Shown here in pieces: positions 29,571 to 38,622 of a DNA stretch of 64,000 bases. Location: contig CAVTAW010000001.1 in NCBI GenBank assembly GCA_963732805.1, positions 1,579,095 through 1,643,094 of the forward strand. Direction: 5' to 3'. Positions within the stretch are counted from its first letter, which is position 1. Every line of letters starts with the position of its first letter. The position numbers and the translations under genes are program-made. The notes below the pieces were generated by a model. The model was not told where the DNA came from. It did no database searches and saw nothing but the letters and a program-made list of their open reading frames with translations. This DNA comes from an uncultured Chloroflexia bacterium (GTDB taxonomy: Bacteria > Chloroflexota > Limnocylindria > Limnocylindrales > CSP1-4).

Positions 29571-30737
29571 GTGGATCGATCCATCTCGCGTCGAGATTTC
29601 CTGAAGGTCACCGGCGTATCCAGCGCCGGCCTGTTCCTGGCCGCGTGCAGCGGCTCGTCGGCGACGAACGCGCCGACGACCGCGCCGACGACCGCACCCA
29701 GCACCGGGGCCAGCATGGCCCCGACGACCGCTCCGTCGACGCCCCCCACCGGGGGCACGCTGAACTTCCTGACCTGGAGCGACCACTGGAGCAAAGACGA
29801 GCTGGCGAGCGTGAAGACGACGACCAACATCGACGTCCAGATCACGGAGCTCGCCGACAACATCGACGGCTTCAACAAGCTCAACCAGGTCCACGGCCAG
29901 CTCGACCTCGTGTCGGGGGATGCGCTGTGGGTGCCCAAGTACTACGACGCCGGCCTGATCCAGGCGGTGGACATCAACAGCTTCCAGGTCGCATCCCAGC
30001 TGTACTCGATGGCCCGCACGTTCGACTTCTGGACGAAGTCGGACGGCTATCTCGCCTATCCGTGGGGCTGGTCGCCCATCCAGATCGTCTACAACCCGGC
30101 GAACGTGACGCCCGGCGCCACCAGCTGGCAGCTCCTGGTCGACCCCAAGTACAAGGGCAAGATCGTGATGGAGAACCAGCCCACGGACATCATGCTGTTC
30201 GCGGGGATCGCGACCGGCGCCGCGGACATCTACAACATGACCGACGCCGAGCTGTCGGCGTGCAAGGACTGGCTGACGCAGCTGAAGCCGAACCTGCTCA
30301 AGCTCGTCCAGCAGAACAACGAGACCATCACGGCACTGGCCAGCGGCGAGGCGTGGATCTCCACCCAGAACCTGGGGGCTCCGGACCGGGTCAAGGCCGC
30401 CAACGGGCCCGAGGTGATCGCATTCGTTCCCGACGAGGGCACGACCGGGTTCATCGACGGCGAGATGACGGTCAAGGGCGGTGCCAACCAGCCGCTCGTG
30501 GCGCCGTACATCGAGGCGGGCGCCCAGGCCGAGTTCGTGGCCCAGAACTTCCTGGACAACGGCCGGCCGCTGTGGAACGAGAAGGCCTACGGGCTGCTCG
30601 TCGATGCCGGTCACAAGGACCAGGCGGACCGTTACCTGTACAACCAGCCGGAGCTGGCCCTCAAGATGCGCCTCAAGGGCCCGGCCGGCAACGTGGACGC
30701 GTACATCCAGACCTTCAACTCGGTCTTCGGCGGCTGA
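29571..30737 (+). CDS. ABC transporter substrate-binding lipoprotein, PotD/PotF family, Tat signal
   Basis: GTG 29571 follows AAGGAGGAGG. The signal is SRRDFLKVTGVSSAGLFLAAC (twin-arginine plus lipobox), followed by a Thr/Pro linker and a PotD-like body. Confidence 0.85.
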   Translation: MDRSISRRDFLKVTGVSSAGLFLAACSGSSATNAPTTAPTTAPSTGASMAPTTAPSTPPTGGTLNFLTWSDHWSKDELASVKTTTNIDVQITELADNIDGFNKLNQVHGQLDLVSGDALWVPKYYDAGLIQAVDINSFQVASQLYSMARTFDFWTKSDGYLAYPWGWSPIQIVYNPANVTPGATSWQLLVDPKYKGKIVMENQPTDIMLFAGIATGAADIYNMTDAELSACKDWLTQLKPNLLKLVQQNNETITALASGEAWISTQNLGAPDRVKAANGPEVIAFVPDEGTTGFIDGEMTVKGGANQPLVAPYIEAGAQAEFVAQNFLDNGRPLWNEKAYGLLVDAGHKDQADRYLYNQPELALKMRLKGPAGNVDAYIQTFNSVFGG

Positions 30738-30768
30738 CAACCCTGTCGTCGCGCGGGGCGCGTTGACG

Positions 30769-31686
30769 ATGACCACGGCAACCGGCGGGCTCGGCGAGAG
30801 CCCGCCGGCCGAGGCCGCCGCGGGCGCCAGGACGACCTGGCGCCGCTACTGGCCGTTCACGCCGGCCGTGACGGTCCTGGTCGGGCTGTTCTTCGTCCCG
30901 CTCGCGATCGTGTTCGTCTACTCGTTCTGGACGATCGACAACAACACGCTGCTCGTGGTCCCCGACTGGACCCTGAAGAACTACACGACGTTCTTCACCA
31001 CGGACACGTATGTCCGTACGTTCCTCAAGACGATCCTGATGGCCGGCCTGGTCACCGTGACCGGGCTGGCCTTTGCGTTCCCGTTCGCGTACTTCCTCGT
31101 GCGCTACGTCGGGGGGCGATGGCAGCGCATCGTGCTGCTGGCCGTGATCATCCCGTTCTGGACGAGCTACCTCGTTCGGATCTACGCGTGGCAGGCGATC
31201 CTGGGCGAGAAGGGCGCGCTCAACGGCCTGCTCACCGGGCTGGGCCTGATCTCCGAGCCGCTCGACATCTTCGTCTACAACGACGTGGCGGTGTACATCG
31301 TCCTCGTGTACCTGTACTTCCCGTTCGCGGCGCTGGCGCTGTACACGTCGCTGGAGAAGTTCGACTTCACCCAGCTCACGGCCGCCCAGGACCTGGGCGC
31401 GACGCCTGCCCGTGCGCTGGTGCGCATCCTGCTGCCGCAGGTTCGGCCCGGGATCATCACCGCCTGCATCTTCGTGTTCATCCCGGTGCTCGGCGAGTAC
31501 CTCACGCCGACGCTGGTCGGCGGCACCCGGGGCGTGCTGATCGGCAACCTGATCTACAACTTCTACCGGGGCGGCGCATTCCCGGCGATGGCCGCGGCGT
31601 CGTTCATGGTGGCGCTCGTGATCGTGGTGCTGCTGATCGTGTTCCGCCGCTACCTCCAGATCGCGGACGTGGTGACGAGGACCTGA
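30769..31686 (+). CDS. ABC transporter permease (PotB-like)
   Basis: It has six hydrophobic segments and an EAA-like loop (AAQDLGATPARALVRILLPQVRPG). The ATG is at 30769. Confidence 0.85.
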   Translation: MTTATGGLGESPPAEAAAGARTTWRRYWPFTPAVTVLVGLFFVPLAIVFVYSFWTIDNNTLLVVPDWTLKNYTTFFTTDTYVRTFLKTILMAGLVTVTGLAFAFPFAYFLVRYVGGRWQRIVLLAVIIPFWTSYLVRIYAWQAILGEKGALNGLLTGLGLISEPLDIFVYNDVAVYIVLVYLYFPFAALALYTSLEKFDFTQLTAAQDLGATPARALVRILLPQVRPGIITACIFVFIPVLGEYLTPTLVGGTRGVLIGNLIYNFYRGGAFPAMAAASFMVALVIVVLLIVFRRYLQIADVVTRT

Positions 31687-32558
31687 TGGCGAAGTCGATG
31701 GATCGCCTCGACACCATGCCGGTCAGTCCCTACGCGCGGCTGGTGCGCTGGGCGCTCCGGGCCTGGACGGTGCTGATCCTCGCGTACCTGTACCTGCCGA
31801 TCGTGTTCCTGGTGCTGTTCAGCTTCGAGGACGGCAACGCCGTCGGGTTCCCGATCACCGGGTTCACGCTGCGCTGGTACCAGGGCCTGCCCGACAACAC
31901 CCCGCTCCTGGGCGCCATCTGGCAGTCCGTGACCACGGCGGCCGTGGTCGCGGTGCTGGCCACGATCGTGGGCGCCATGGCAGCGTTCCCGCTGGTCAGG
32001 TCGGGGATGCGCTACCCGAACGTCGCCCGGATCCTGTTCACGATGCCGATCATGATGCCCGGCCTGATCATCGGGATCGGGATCCTGATCTTCCTGGCCA
32101 ACTACCTGAAGATCCAGCTGTCGCAGCTGACGGTGATCGCCGGCCACCTGGTGCTCACCATGCCGTTCGTGATCCTGATCGTCTCGGCGCGGCTCCAGGG
32201 GTTCGACCGCCGGCTGGAGTGGGCCGCGGCGGACCTCGGGGCAAGCCCGCGCCAGGTGCTGCGGCGGATCATCCTGCCGCTGATCTTCCCGGCCATCCTG
32301 GCCGGCGCGTTGATCAGCGTCACGCTCTCGATCGACGAGTTCGTGGTCACGTTCTGGACCGTCGGCCCGAAGCTCACCCTGCCGATCTACATCTACACGC
32401 AGATCAAGTTCGGGGTGACGCCGGAGGTCAACGCCGTCGCCACGCTCGTTCTCGTGTTCACGCTCGGGGCGCTCGGGCTGGCCGGCGCGATTGCCATCGT
32501 CGCCGGACGCGCCCGGCGTTCGCTGCGCCGCCGCCGCAGCGTCACCGCCGCCCACTGA
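31686..32558 (+). CDS. ABC transporter permease (PotC-like)
   Basis: The EAA loop is AAADLGASPRQVLRRIILPLIFPA. The ATG overlaps the previous TGA (TGATG). Confidence 0.85.
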   Translation: MAKSMDRLDTMPVSPYARLVRWALRAWTVLILAYLYLPIVFLVLFSFEDGNAVGFPITGFTLRWYQGLPDNTPLLGAIWQSVTTAAVVAVLATIVGAMAAFPLVRSGMRYPNVARILFTMPIMMPGLIIGIGILIFLANYLKIQLSQLTVIAGHLVLTMPFVILIVSARLQGFDRRLEWAAADLGASPRQVLRRIILPLIFPAILAGALISVTLSIDEFVVTFWTVGPKLTLPIYIYTQIKFGVTPEVNAVATLVLVFTLGALGLAGAIAIVAGRARRSLRRRRSVTAAH

Positions 32559-32578
32559 CCCAGGAGGTCTACCGGATC

Positions 32579-33581
32579 ATGCTCGCTGCCGTGTTCCTCG
32601 GACAAGGCACCCTGGAGCTGGAGGACCGGCCCGAACCGGTTGCCGCGCCCGGCGAGGTGCTGGTTGAGGTCGAGGCCTGCGGGATCTGCGGCAGCGACCT
32701 CGCGGTCCTCGATGTTCCGCCGCGGCATCCGGCCACGCCCGGCGTGATCCTCGGCCACGAGTTCGTCGGCCGGATCGCCGGCGTGGGCGAGGGGGTGCGC
32801 GACATCGCCGTCGGGACCCGGGTGGTGATCGATCCGGACCCGAAGTGCGGTGCCTGCGCGTCGTGCCGGGCGGGTCGGCCGGCGAACTGCGAGCGGATCG
32901 TGGCGCTCGGCGTCTACCGCGACGGCGCGCTCGCGCGCTTCGTGACCACGCCGGCGGAGACCTGCCATCCGATGGGCGATGACGTGCCGGCGACGCTCGC
33001 CGCCCTCGCGGAACCGCTCGCGTGCGTCGTGAATGGCACGAACCGGGCCGCGCTCCGGCCGGGCGAATCCGCCGTCGTGTTCGGCGCCGGCGCGATCGGC
33101 TGCCTGTTCACGGCGGTCCTGGGCGCCGGCGGGGCCTCGCCGCTGGTCGTGGTCGAGCCCAACGCGGCGCGAGCGCCGGTTGCGACCGCCCTCGGGGCGA
33201 CCCACGTGCTGACGCCCGGCCGAATGGGCGGCCGCGCGGAACGACCTCCTGCCCGGCGGAGCCGACGTGGTGATCGACGCGGTCGGGAGCGTGCTGCCGC
33301 AGGCCATCGACGCCGCCGCGATGGGCGGCCGCGTGGTCCTGTTCGGCATGAACGTCAATGCGCGTCCCGAGGTCCACCAGGTGGAGATCACCGAGAAGGG
33401 ACTCACGATCCTCGGCTCGTACATCACCAACTTCACGTTCCCGCAGGCCATCCGCCTGATCGAGAGCGGCACGCTGGACCTGCGGCGGCTCGTGTCCCAG
33501 GTCGTGCCGCTGGAGCACGTGCGCGAGGGCCTGGCCGCGCTCAAGTCGGGCGACGCCACGAAAGTGATCGTGATGCTATGA
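32579..33581 (+). pseudogene. Zinc-dependent medium-chain alcohol/polyol dehydrogenase, one frameshift near 33215-33219
   Basis: The N-part has catalytic and structural Zn motifs CGICGSDL, GHEFVG and CGACASCRAGRPANC, plus the NAD motif VFGAGAIG. The C-part is ORF 33267..33581 (VVIDAVGS...). Removing one C yields TPAEWAAARNDLLPGGADVVIDAVG. Confidence 0.75.
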
Positions 33582-34549
33582 CAGCGACGCCAGGGGCTGT
33601 GGGCTCGACGGCGGCCGGCAGGGCCGGTGATCGGATCCGGGTCGCGTCCGCGCCGTGCTCGTTCGGCGTGGACGAGGTCATCGTCAATGACACCTGGATG
33701 CCCGGGCCGGACGAGATGCTCGACTGGATGGCAGCGCTCGACTACCTGGGCACCGAGCTGGGCCCGCCCGGGTTCCTGGGCGATGGGCCCCGGATGGGGG
33801 AGCGGCTCGCCGCCCGCGGGCTCGAGTTCATCGGGACGTTCCTGCCCCAGGCGTTCACCGACGACGAGCGCTGCGCGCGGGATCGCGAGTGGCTGGCGGA
33901 TCTGCTGACCGACCTTCGGCGAGGACTGCCAGAAGGCGCAGCCCCGTTCGCCGTGCTGTCGGATGCGATCGACCAGCCGGTCCGGCAGCGGGCTGCCGGG
34001 CGCGTCGCCCAGCGGCCCGAGGCACAGCTCGACGATGCGGGCTGGCGCCGGCTGATCGCCAATCTCCACCGTTCGGCGGAGCGGGCCGCATCGCTCGGGT
34101 TCCGGCCGGTCATCCACCCGCATTGCGGCACGTATCTCGAGACAGCGTCCGAGATCGACCGGCTGGTCGCAATGATGGACGCGTCGCTCGTGGGCCTGTG
34201 CCTCGACACCGGCCACTTCCGGTTCGGCGACGCCGATCCGGCCGCATCCATCCGGGGATACCGGGACATCGTTCGCCACGTGCACGTGAAGGACTGCGCG
34301 ACGAGTGTTCGAGACGCGGTCGTCGGGCGCGACGAGGACGTCGTGGCGGCCCTCGCGGGCGGCGTGTTCTGCCCGCTGGGGGCGGGCGACGCCGACATCC
34401 CCGGGGTGGTCGACGCGCTGGTCGAGACCGGCTACACGGGCTGGGTGGTCGTGGAGCAGGACCAGTTCCTGGCCTCGACCGTGAGCCGCTCGGATGTCGT
34501 CGCCGGCCAGCGGGCCAACCGCGAGTACCTGGCGCGACTGGGGCTCTGA
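33578..34549 (+). CDS. Sugar phosphate isomerase/epimerase, xylose-isomerase-like TIM barrel (IolE/MocC-like)
   Basis: It is the tail of ORF 32219..34549, with the ATG overlapping the ADH stop (ATGA). Motifs include FRPVIHPHCGTYLE, LCLDTGHF, VHVKD and WVVVEQD. Confidence 0.8.
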   Translation: MTATPGAVGSTAAGRAGDRIRVASAPCSFGVDEVIVNDTWMPGPDEMLDWMAALDYLGTELGPPGFLGDGPRMGERLAARGLEFIGTFLPQAFTDDERCARDREWLADLLTDLRRGLPEGAAPFAVLSDAIDQPVRQRAAGRVAQRPEAQLDDAGWRRLIANLHRSAERAASLGFRPVIHPHCGTYLETASEIDRLVAMMDASLVGLCLDTGHFRFGDADPAASIRGYRDIVRHVHVKDCATSVRDAVVGRDEDVVAALAGGVFCPLGAGDADIPGVVDALVETGYTGWVVVEQDQFLASTVSRSDVVAGQRANREYLARLGL

Positions 34550-34630
34550 GGATTCCCGGCGGCGGAGTCCCGCGAACGCGGGCTGGAGGTCCGGCCGCCC
34601 GGCCCGGCCACGTGCTAGGAGTCCACACAC

Positions 34631-35644
34631 CTAGGGGCGGCGGCGCAGGGTGCTCTCGCGGACGATGAGCCGGACTGGCAGCACCCGTGACGGGGCGAGC
34701 GATCCGGTGCTGATCGCGTCCAGGAGCTCGGCAACCGCCAGCTCGCCCATCTCGGCTGCGGGCTGGTCGACCGTGGTCAGCCGGGGGTTGGAGATCTCGG
34801 CGAACGGGATGTCGTCGAAGCCAGCGACGGCGACGTCCCGGGGCACCGCGACGCCGATGGTGCGGAAACCGTCGAGCAGGCTGAGCGCCACCCGGTCGTC
34901 ATAGCCGATCACCGCATCTGCGCCCGCGTCGCGGAGGGTGGCCGCCAGGTCGATGCGCCGCTCGGGCAGCCACGACAGCGGCGCGATCGGGTCCACGCCG
35001 AGCCGGTTGCGAACCTCGGTGGCAACCGCATCCTGGCGGATCACGTTCGACGCGCCGCGGTCGGCTCCGACATAGGCGAACCTGCGGCAACCCTGGTCCA
35101 CGAGATGGTCGACGAGCAGCCGGATCCCCTCGGGCTCGTCGGGCCGCAGGCAGCCGATCGGGAGATCCTCCAGGCGACCGTGGCTCAGGCGCTCGCTGTT
35201 GAGGAACACCACCGGGCTCGGCCGGACCATCGCGCTGATCGCCTCAAGGGCAAGCACGCAGCCCATCAGCGCGAGCCCGTCGGCCCGATGGGCGCTGAAC
35301 TCGCGGATGGCGCGACGCTCGCGCTTGGCGTCACCGAGGCTGTTGGCCACGATCACCGTGTAGCCCGCGGCATGGGCCGCCTGTTCGAAGCCGGCGACGA
35401 CCGTGCCGTGGATCGGATCGGTGGCGTCGGGGATCATCAACCCGAAGGTGTGGCTCACCCGGGCCGCGAGGCTCCGCGCGGCGAGGTCCGGGACGTAGCC
35501 CAGGGCGTCGGCCATCGCCGCAACTCGCTCGCGCGTCGCGACGCTGATCTGCGGGTCCTCGCTGAGCGCCCGGGACACCGTTGCCACGGAGACACCGGCG
35601 GCGCCCGCGACATCACGCAGCGTGACGCGCCGGTCGAGCGTCAC
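34631..35644 (-). CDS. LacI-family transcriptional regulator
   Basis: This is the last 337 codons of the composite ORF 34631..38062. GTG is at 35644. The HTH is VTLRDVAGAAGVSVATVSRALS, followed by a periplasmic-binding-protein-like sugar-binding core (GYDD, VAGFDDIPFAE). Confidence 0.85.
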   Translation of the reverse strand: MTLDRRVTLRDVAGAAGVSVATVSRALSEDPQISVATRERVAAMADALGYVPDLAARSLAARVSHTFGLMIPDATDPIHGTVVAGFEQAAHAAGYTVIVANSLGDAKRERRAIREFSAHRADGLALMGCVLALEAISAMVRPSPVVFLNSERLSHGRLEDLPIGCLRPDEPEGIRLLVDHLVDQGCRRFAYVGADRGASNVIRQDAVATEVRNRLGVDPIAPLSWLPERRIDLAATLRDAGADAVIGYDDRVALSLLDGFRTIGVAVPRDVAVAGFDDIPFAEISNPRLTTVDQPAAEMGELAVAELLDAISTGSLAPSRVLPVRLIVRESTLRRRP

Positions 35645-35772
35645 GGCCTGGCCGCCCTGGGCCGGCGCGTGGACCGGCTGGCGGACCGGCAGGCGGACCG
35701 GCAGGGGACGCCCGGCTCCCGTCGGCCGTGGTTGGTGTTCACGCTTCCGGCACCTCCCTTGGCGGGCATTGT

Positions 35773-35784
35773 GCAAGCGATTGC
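35773..35784. promoter_or_regulatory. LacI/GalR-type operator GCAAGCGATTGC (site 3) in the divergent intergenic region
   Basis: It is the exact reverse complement of site 2. It lies about 130 nt upstream of the lacI-family start, which suggests possible autoregulation. Confidence 0.5.
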
Positions 35785-35858
35785 GTCTCGCGGCAAGGGT
35801 CGGCCCGGGGGTCCGGTCGAGCCGCTCCCGAGCCCGCGTGGGGGGGTCATCACCGGCG

Positions 35859-35887
35859 TTGACAACCCGGCACCCGCCGGGTACGGT
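35859..35887 (+). promoter_or_regulatory. Sigma-70-type promoter TTGACA-N17-TACGGT for the aminotransferase gene
   Basis: Read directly: TTGACA 35859-35864, a 17-nt spacer, TACGGT 35882-35887. Confidence 0.5.
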
Positions 35888-35899
35888 GCAAGCGCTTGC
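35888..35899. promoter_or_regulatory. LacI/GalR-type operator, perfect palindrome GCAAGCGCTTGC (site 4), abutting the -10 box
   Basis: It is identical to site 1 and begins at the base after the -10 hexamer. It is followed by GGAGGAGAG and ATG 35915. Confidence 0.55.
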
Positions 35900-35914
35900 G
35901 TTCGAGGAGGAGAG

Positions 35915-37153
35915 ATGCCGGGACCAGGGGTCGACCTGATCGGGGAAGAAGAGATCGCCGAGGTCGTCGAGGTCCTCCGGAGCGGGTATCTCGCCCGCTT
36001 CGGCCCCGATGATGACCCGCGCTTCGGCGCCAAGGTCCGGCACCTCGAGGAGGCCGTGTGCGGCTGGACCGGAGTCGGCCACGCCGTGGCAATGAACAGC
36101 GGCACCAGCGCCCTCCTGTCGCTGTTCGCGTGTCTCGGCATCGGGCCCGGGGATGAGGTCATCGTGCCCGGATTCACCTACGTCGCGAGCATCTCGTCCA
36201 TCGTCTACGCCCGCGCGGTGCCGGTCCTGGCGGAGGTCGACGAGACGCTCAACCTCGACCCGGCCGACGTCGAGGCCCGGATCACGCCGCGCACGCGAGC
36301 GATCCTGGTCGTCCACATGCTGGGCAACCCAGCCCGGCTGGACGAGCTCAAGGCGATTGCCGACCGGCACGGGATCGCGCTCGTCGAGGACTGCGCGCAG
36401 GCCTTCGGCGCATCGTACCGAGGACACAAGGTGGGCTCCATCGGCGTCGCCGGCGCGATCTCGTTCAACGTGTTCAAGACGATCACCTCCGGTGACGGCG
36501 GGATGGTGGTCACCGACGACGAGGACCTGTACCGGAAGCTGTTCGCGTTCCACGACCAGGGCCATCTCCCGCTGCGCAATGGGGTCGAGGTGGGCGCGCG
36601 TTCGATGCTCGGCCTGAACTTCCGGATGACCGAGCTGTCGGGTGCCGTGCTGCTCGCCCAGTTCCGGAAGCTGGATGCGATCCTGGCGACGCTGCGGGCG
36701 AACAAGACGCGTCTCAAGAGCCTCATCGCGGAGCAGGAAGGCATCCGCTTCCGCACCCTGCCCGATCCCGATGGAGACATCGCCACGCACCTGGTCGTGC
36801 AGTTCCCGACCGCGGATGCCGCGCGCAGCGTGAGCCGCGAGCTCGGGTCGCGGGTGCTGGCCGATTCCGGTTGGCACATCTACACCCAGATGGAGCACCT
36901 GCTGGCCCAGCGGACTGCCGCAGGCAAGGGCTGCCCGTTCGATTGCACCCAGTACTACCCGCAGCGGATCGAGTACCGGGCGGGCATGCTGCCGCAGACC
37001 GAGGACATCGTGGGTCGCTCGATGTCGATCGGCATCGGCGTGGCCGACCCGAACCTCGGCTCGAGCTTCGGCGTGACCATCCGCGACGACGCGTCCCGGA
37101 TCGAGGCGGTGGCCGACCGGTTCCTCGAGGTCGCGGGCCGCTACCTGGGCTGA
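35915..37153 (+). CDS. DegT/DnrJ/EryC1/StrS-family PLP aminotransferase (sugar/inosose aminotransferase type)
   Basis: This is the tail of ORF 35105..37153, beginning at the ATG after GGAGG. Motifs include VAMNSGTSAL, the PLP-Lys region ISFNVFKTITSGDGGMVVT, and FHDQG. Confidence 0.85.
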   Translation: MPGPGVDLIGEEEIAEVVEVLRSGYLARFGPDDDPRFGAKVRHLEEAVCGWTGVGHAVAMNSGTSALLSLFACLGIGPGDEVIVPGFTYVASISSIVYARAVPVLAEVDETLNLDPADVEARITPRTRAILVVHMLGNPARLDELKAIADRHGIALVEDCAQAFGASYRGHKVGSIGVAGAISFNVFKTITSGDGGMVVTDDEDLYRKLFAFHDQGHLPLRNGVEVGARSMLGLNFRMTELSGAVLLAQFRKLDAILATLRANKTRLKSLIAEQEGIRFRTLPDPDGDIATHLVVQFPTADAARSVSRELGSRVLADSGWHIYTQMEHLLAQRTAAGKGCPFDCTQYYPQRIEYRAGMLPQTEDIVGRSMSIGIGVADPNLGSSFGVTIRDDASRIEAVADRFLEVAGRYLG

Positions 37154-37160
37154 TCGCTGT

Positions 37161-38622
37161 CTAGCGCCGTCCGATCCGCGCGGACAACCTCGCACCGCGC
37201 CGCGCGAGATCCGCCTCCAGGCGAGGGTGCGGCCGGCCCAGGACCCGCGACCGCTCCAGGACGCGCCACGCGGCCCGGGTCGCGGCCAGCGCACCGGACG
37301 GGTCACGAAGCTGGTGCTCGCGCAGCTTGGCGACCTCGATCCAGGCGATCGCCCCCAGCGCGCCACCGGCGGCCGCGGCCGTCTGCCACGCCTCGGCTGC
37401 CTCGGCCAGCGGCCGAGCCGTCGCAGCACCCGTGCTCGCTCGGCCGCGATGCGCTCGTCGGTCCAGCGGCTGCCGGCCTCCCAGGCGCCCCCGCCGGGCG
37501 ACGGGCCGAGCGGGCCGCCGCGGCCGTTGGCCAGCTCCCCGCGCCAGCCCGCCGGCGGCGTGCGGCCGCCGAAATGGGGCCGGTTGCGGGGTGCCCACCA
37601 CGGCTCCGGCTCCCCGTCGAACGCCTGGCGCCGGGTCGGCGGCAGGGCGGGCGAGCGCCCGAACGGGTCCCGCTCAGGCCCGGGCGAGGCCAGCGCGTCA
37701 TCGAGGCACTCGAGCGCCTCGCCGTGACGCTGCTCGCGGCCATACGCGCGGGCGAGCCCGGCGAGGTCGCCCCGGGGGGCCCCCTCGCGAGAGGGCCCGA
37801 TCCGCGTACCGGCGCTCGATCTGGGCGAGCAGCAGGCCCAGGGACCGGACGTCCTTCTCGTTGTGGACGACGACACCCGCCAGCGCGGCCACCGGTCCGC
37901 CCCGGAGCACGTCGAGGTAGATGCCCGGGATCTCCCAGCCCTCCACGTCGCCCGTTCGGCTGACGCCCAGGAGCTCCGTCTCCACGCTCTTGAGCCGGGC
38001 GTCGTCCATCCGGTGCCGGAACACGCGGCGCACGAGCGGCAGCAGGTCCAGGTGGCCGGCATGCGCCGGGGCCGGGCGACCGGCCAGCCGGTACCTGGCC
38101 TCGATCAGCGGCCAGTCGAAGCCGCGTCCGTTGTAGCTCACCAGCCAGGCGTCGGGCGTGACCCAGGTCTCGATCTCCGCGAGCAGCGCCGGCTCGTCCG
38201 CATGATCGGGCAGGAGCAGCTGGACCTGGCGGAACAGGGGACCGTCCCAGCGAGCGAGCCCGACCAGGAAGGCGAGCGTCCCCGCCGCCGTCGCCAGGCC
38301 GGTGGTCTCGGTGTCCAGGCATACCAGCGGCGCGTCCGGCGGTGGCTGGCCCGGCAGCCTGGCCAGCCGGACCCGATCCACCGGCAGGGGGATCGGCGGC
38401 ACGACGCGTCTCACGAGGAGGCCCGCCCCCGAATTCGGCAACCTCGGCGCCGAGGGCCGCCGCGAGGCGAGCTGCGAGCGCCGGACTCCGGCGTCCGGCG
38501 AACGGTGCCCGCGCCGGCGGCTGATCGGGACCGAGCGGTGGCCCGCCCGCCCGGGCGAGGGTCGCCCGCAGGTTCGCGAGCCGGCGCTCGCGCGTGACGG
38601 CGGTGAGCGGCTCGGCTGTCAT
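37161..38622 (-). pseudogene. MrfB/YprB-like RNase H-fold (DEDD) exonuclease with TPR-like C-terminus; three frameshifts (about 38426-38430, 37795, 37415)
   Basis: The N-terminus MTAEPLTAVTRERRLANLRATL is in ORF 37303..38622. The exonuclease core CLDTETTGL, YNGRGFDWPL, HNEKDV is in ORF 37698..38441. The segment LAGLARAYGREQRHGEALECLDDALA is in the frame of ORF 34631..38062. The C-terminus AEAWQTAAAAGGALGAIAWIEVAKL is in ORF 37161..37601. The ATG overlaps the upstream helicase stop (ATGA). Confidence 0.7.

Noticed and set aside
34631-38062. A 1143-aa minus-strand ORF that looks like one huge gene.
   Set aside because: It is a composite. Only the last 337 codons (the LacI regulator, GTG 35644) and a middle stretch (part of the MrfB-like TPR region) are real. 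The section antisense to the DegT aminotransferase gene (35915-37153) is shadow sequence.
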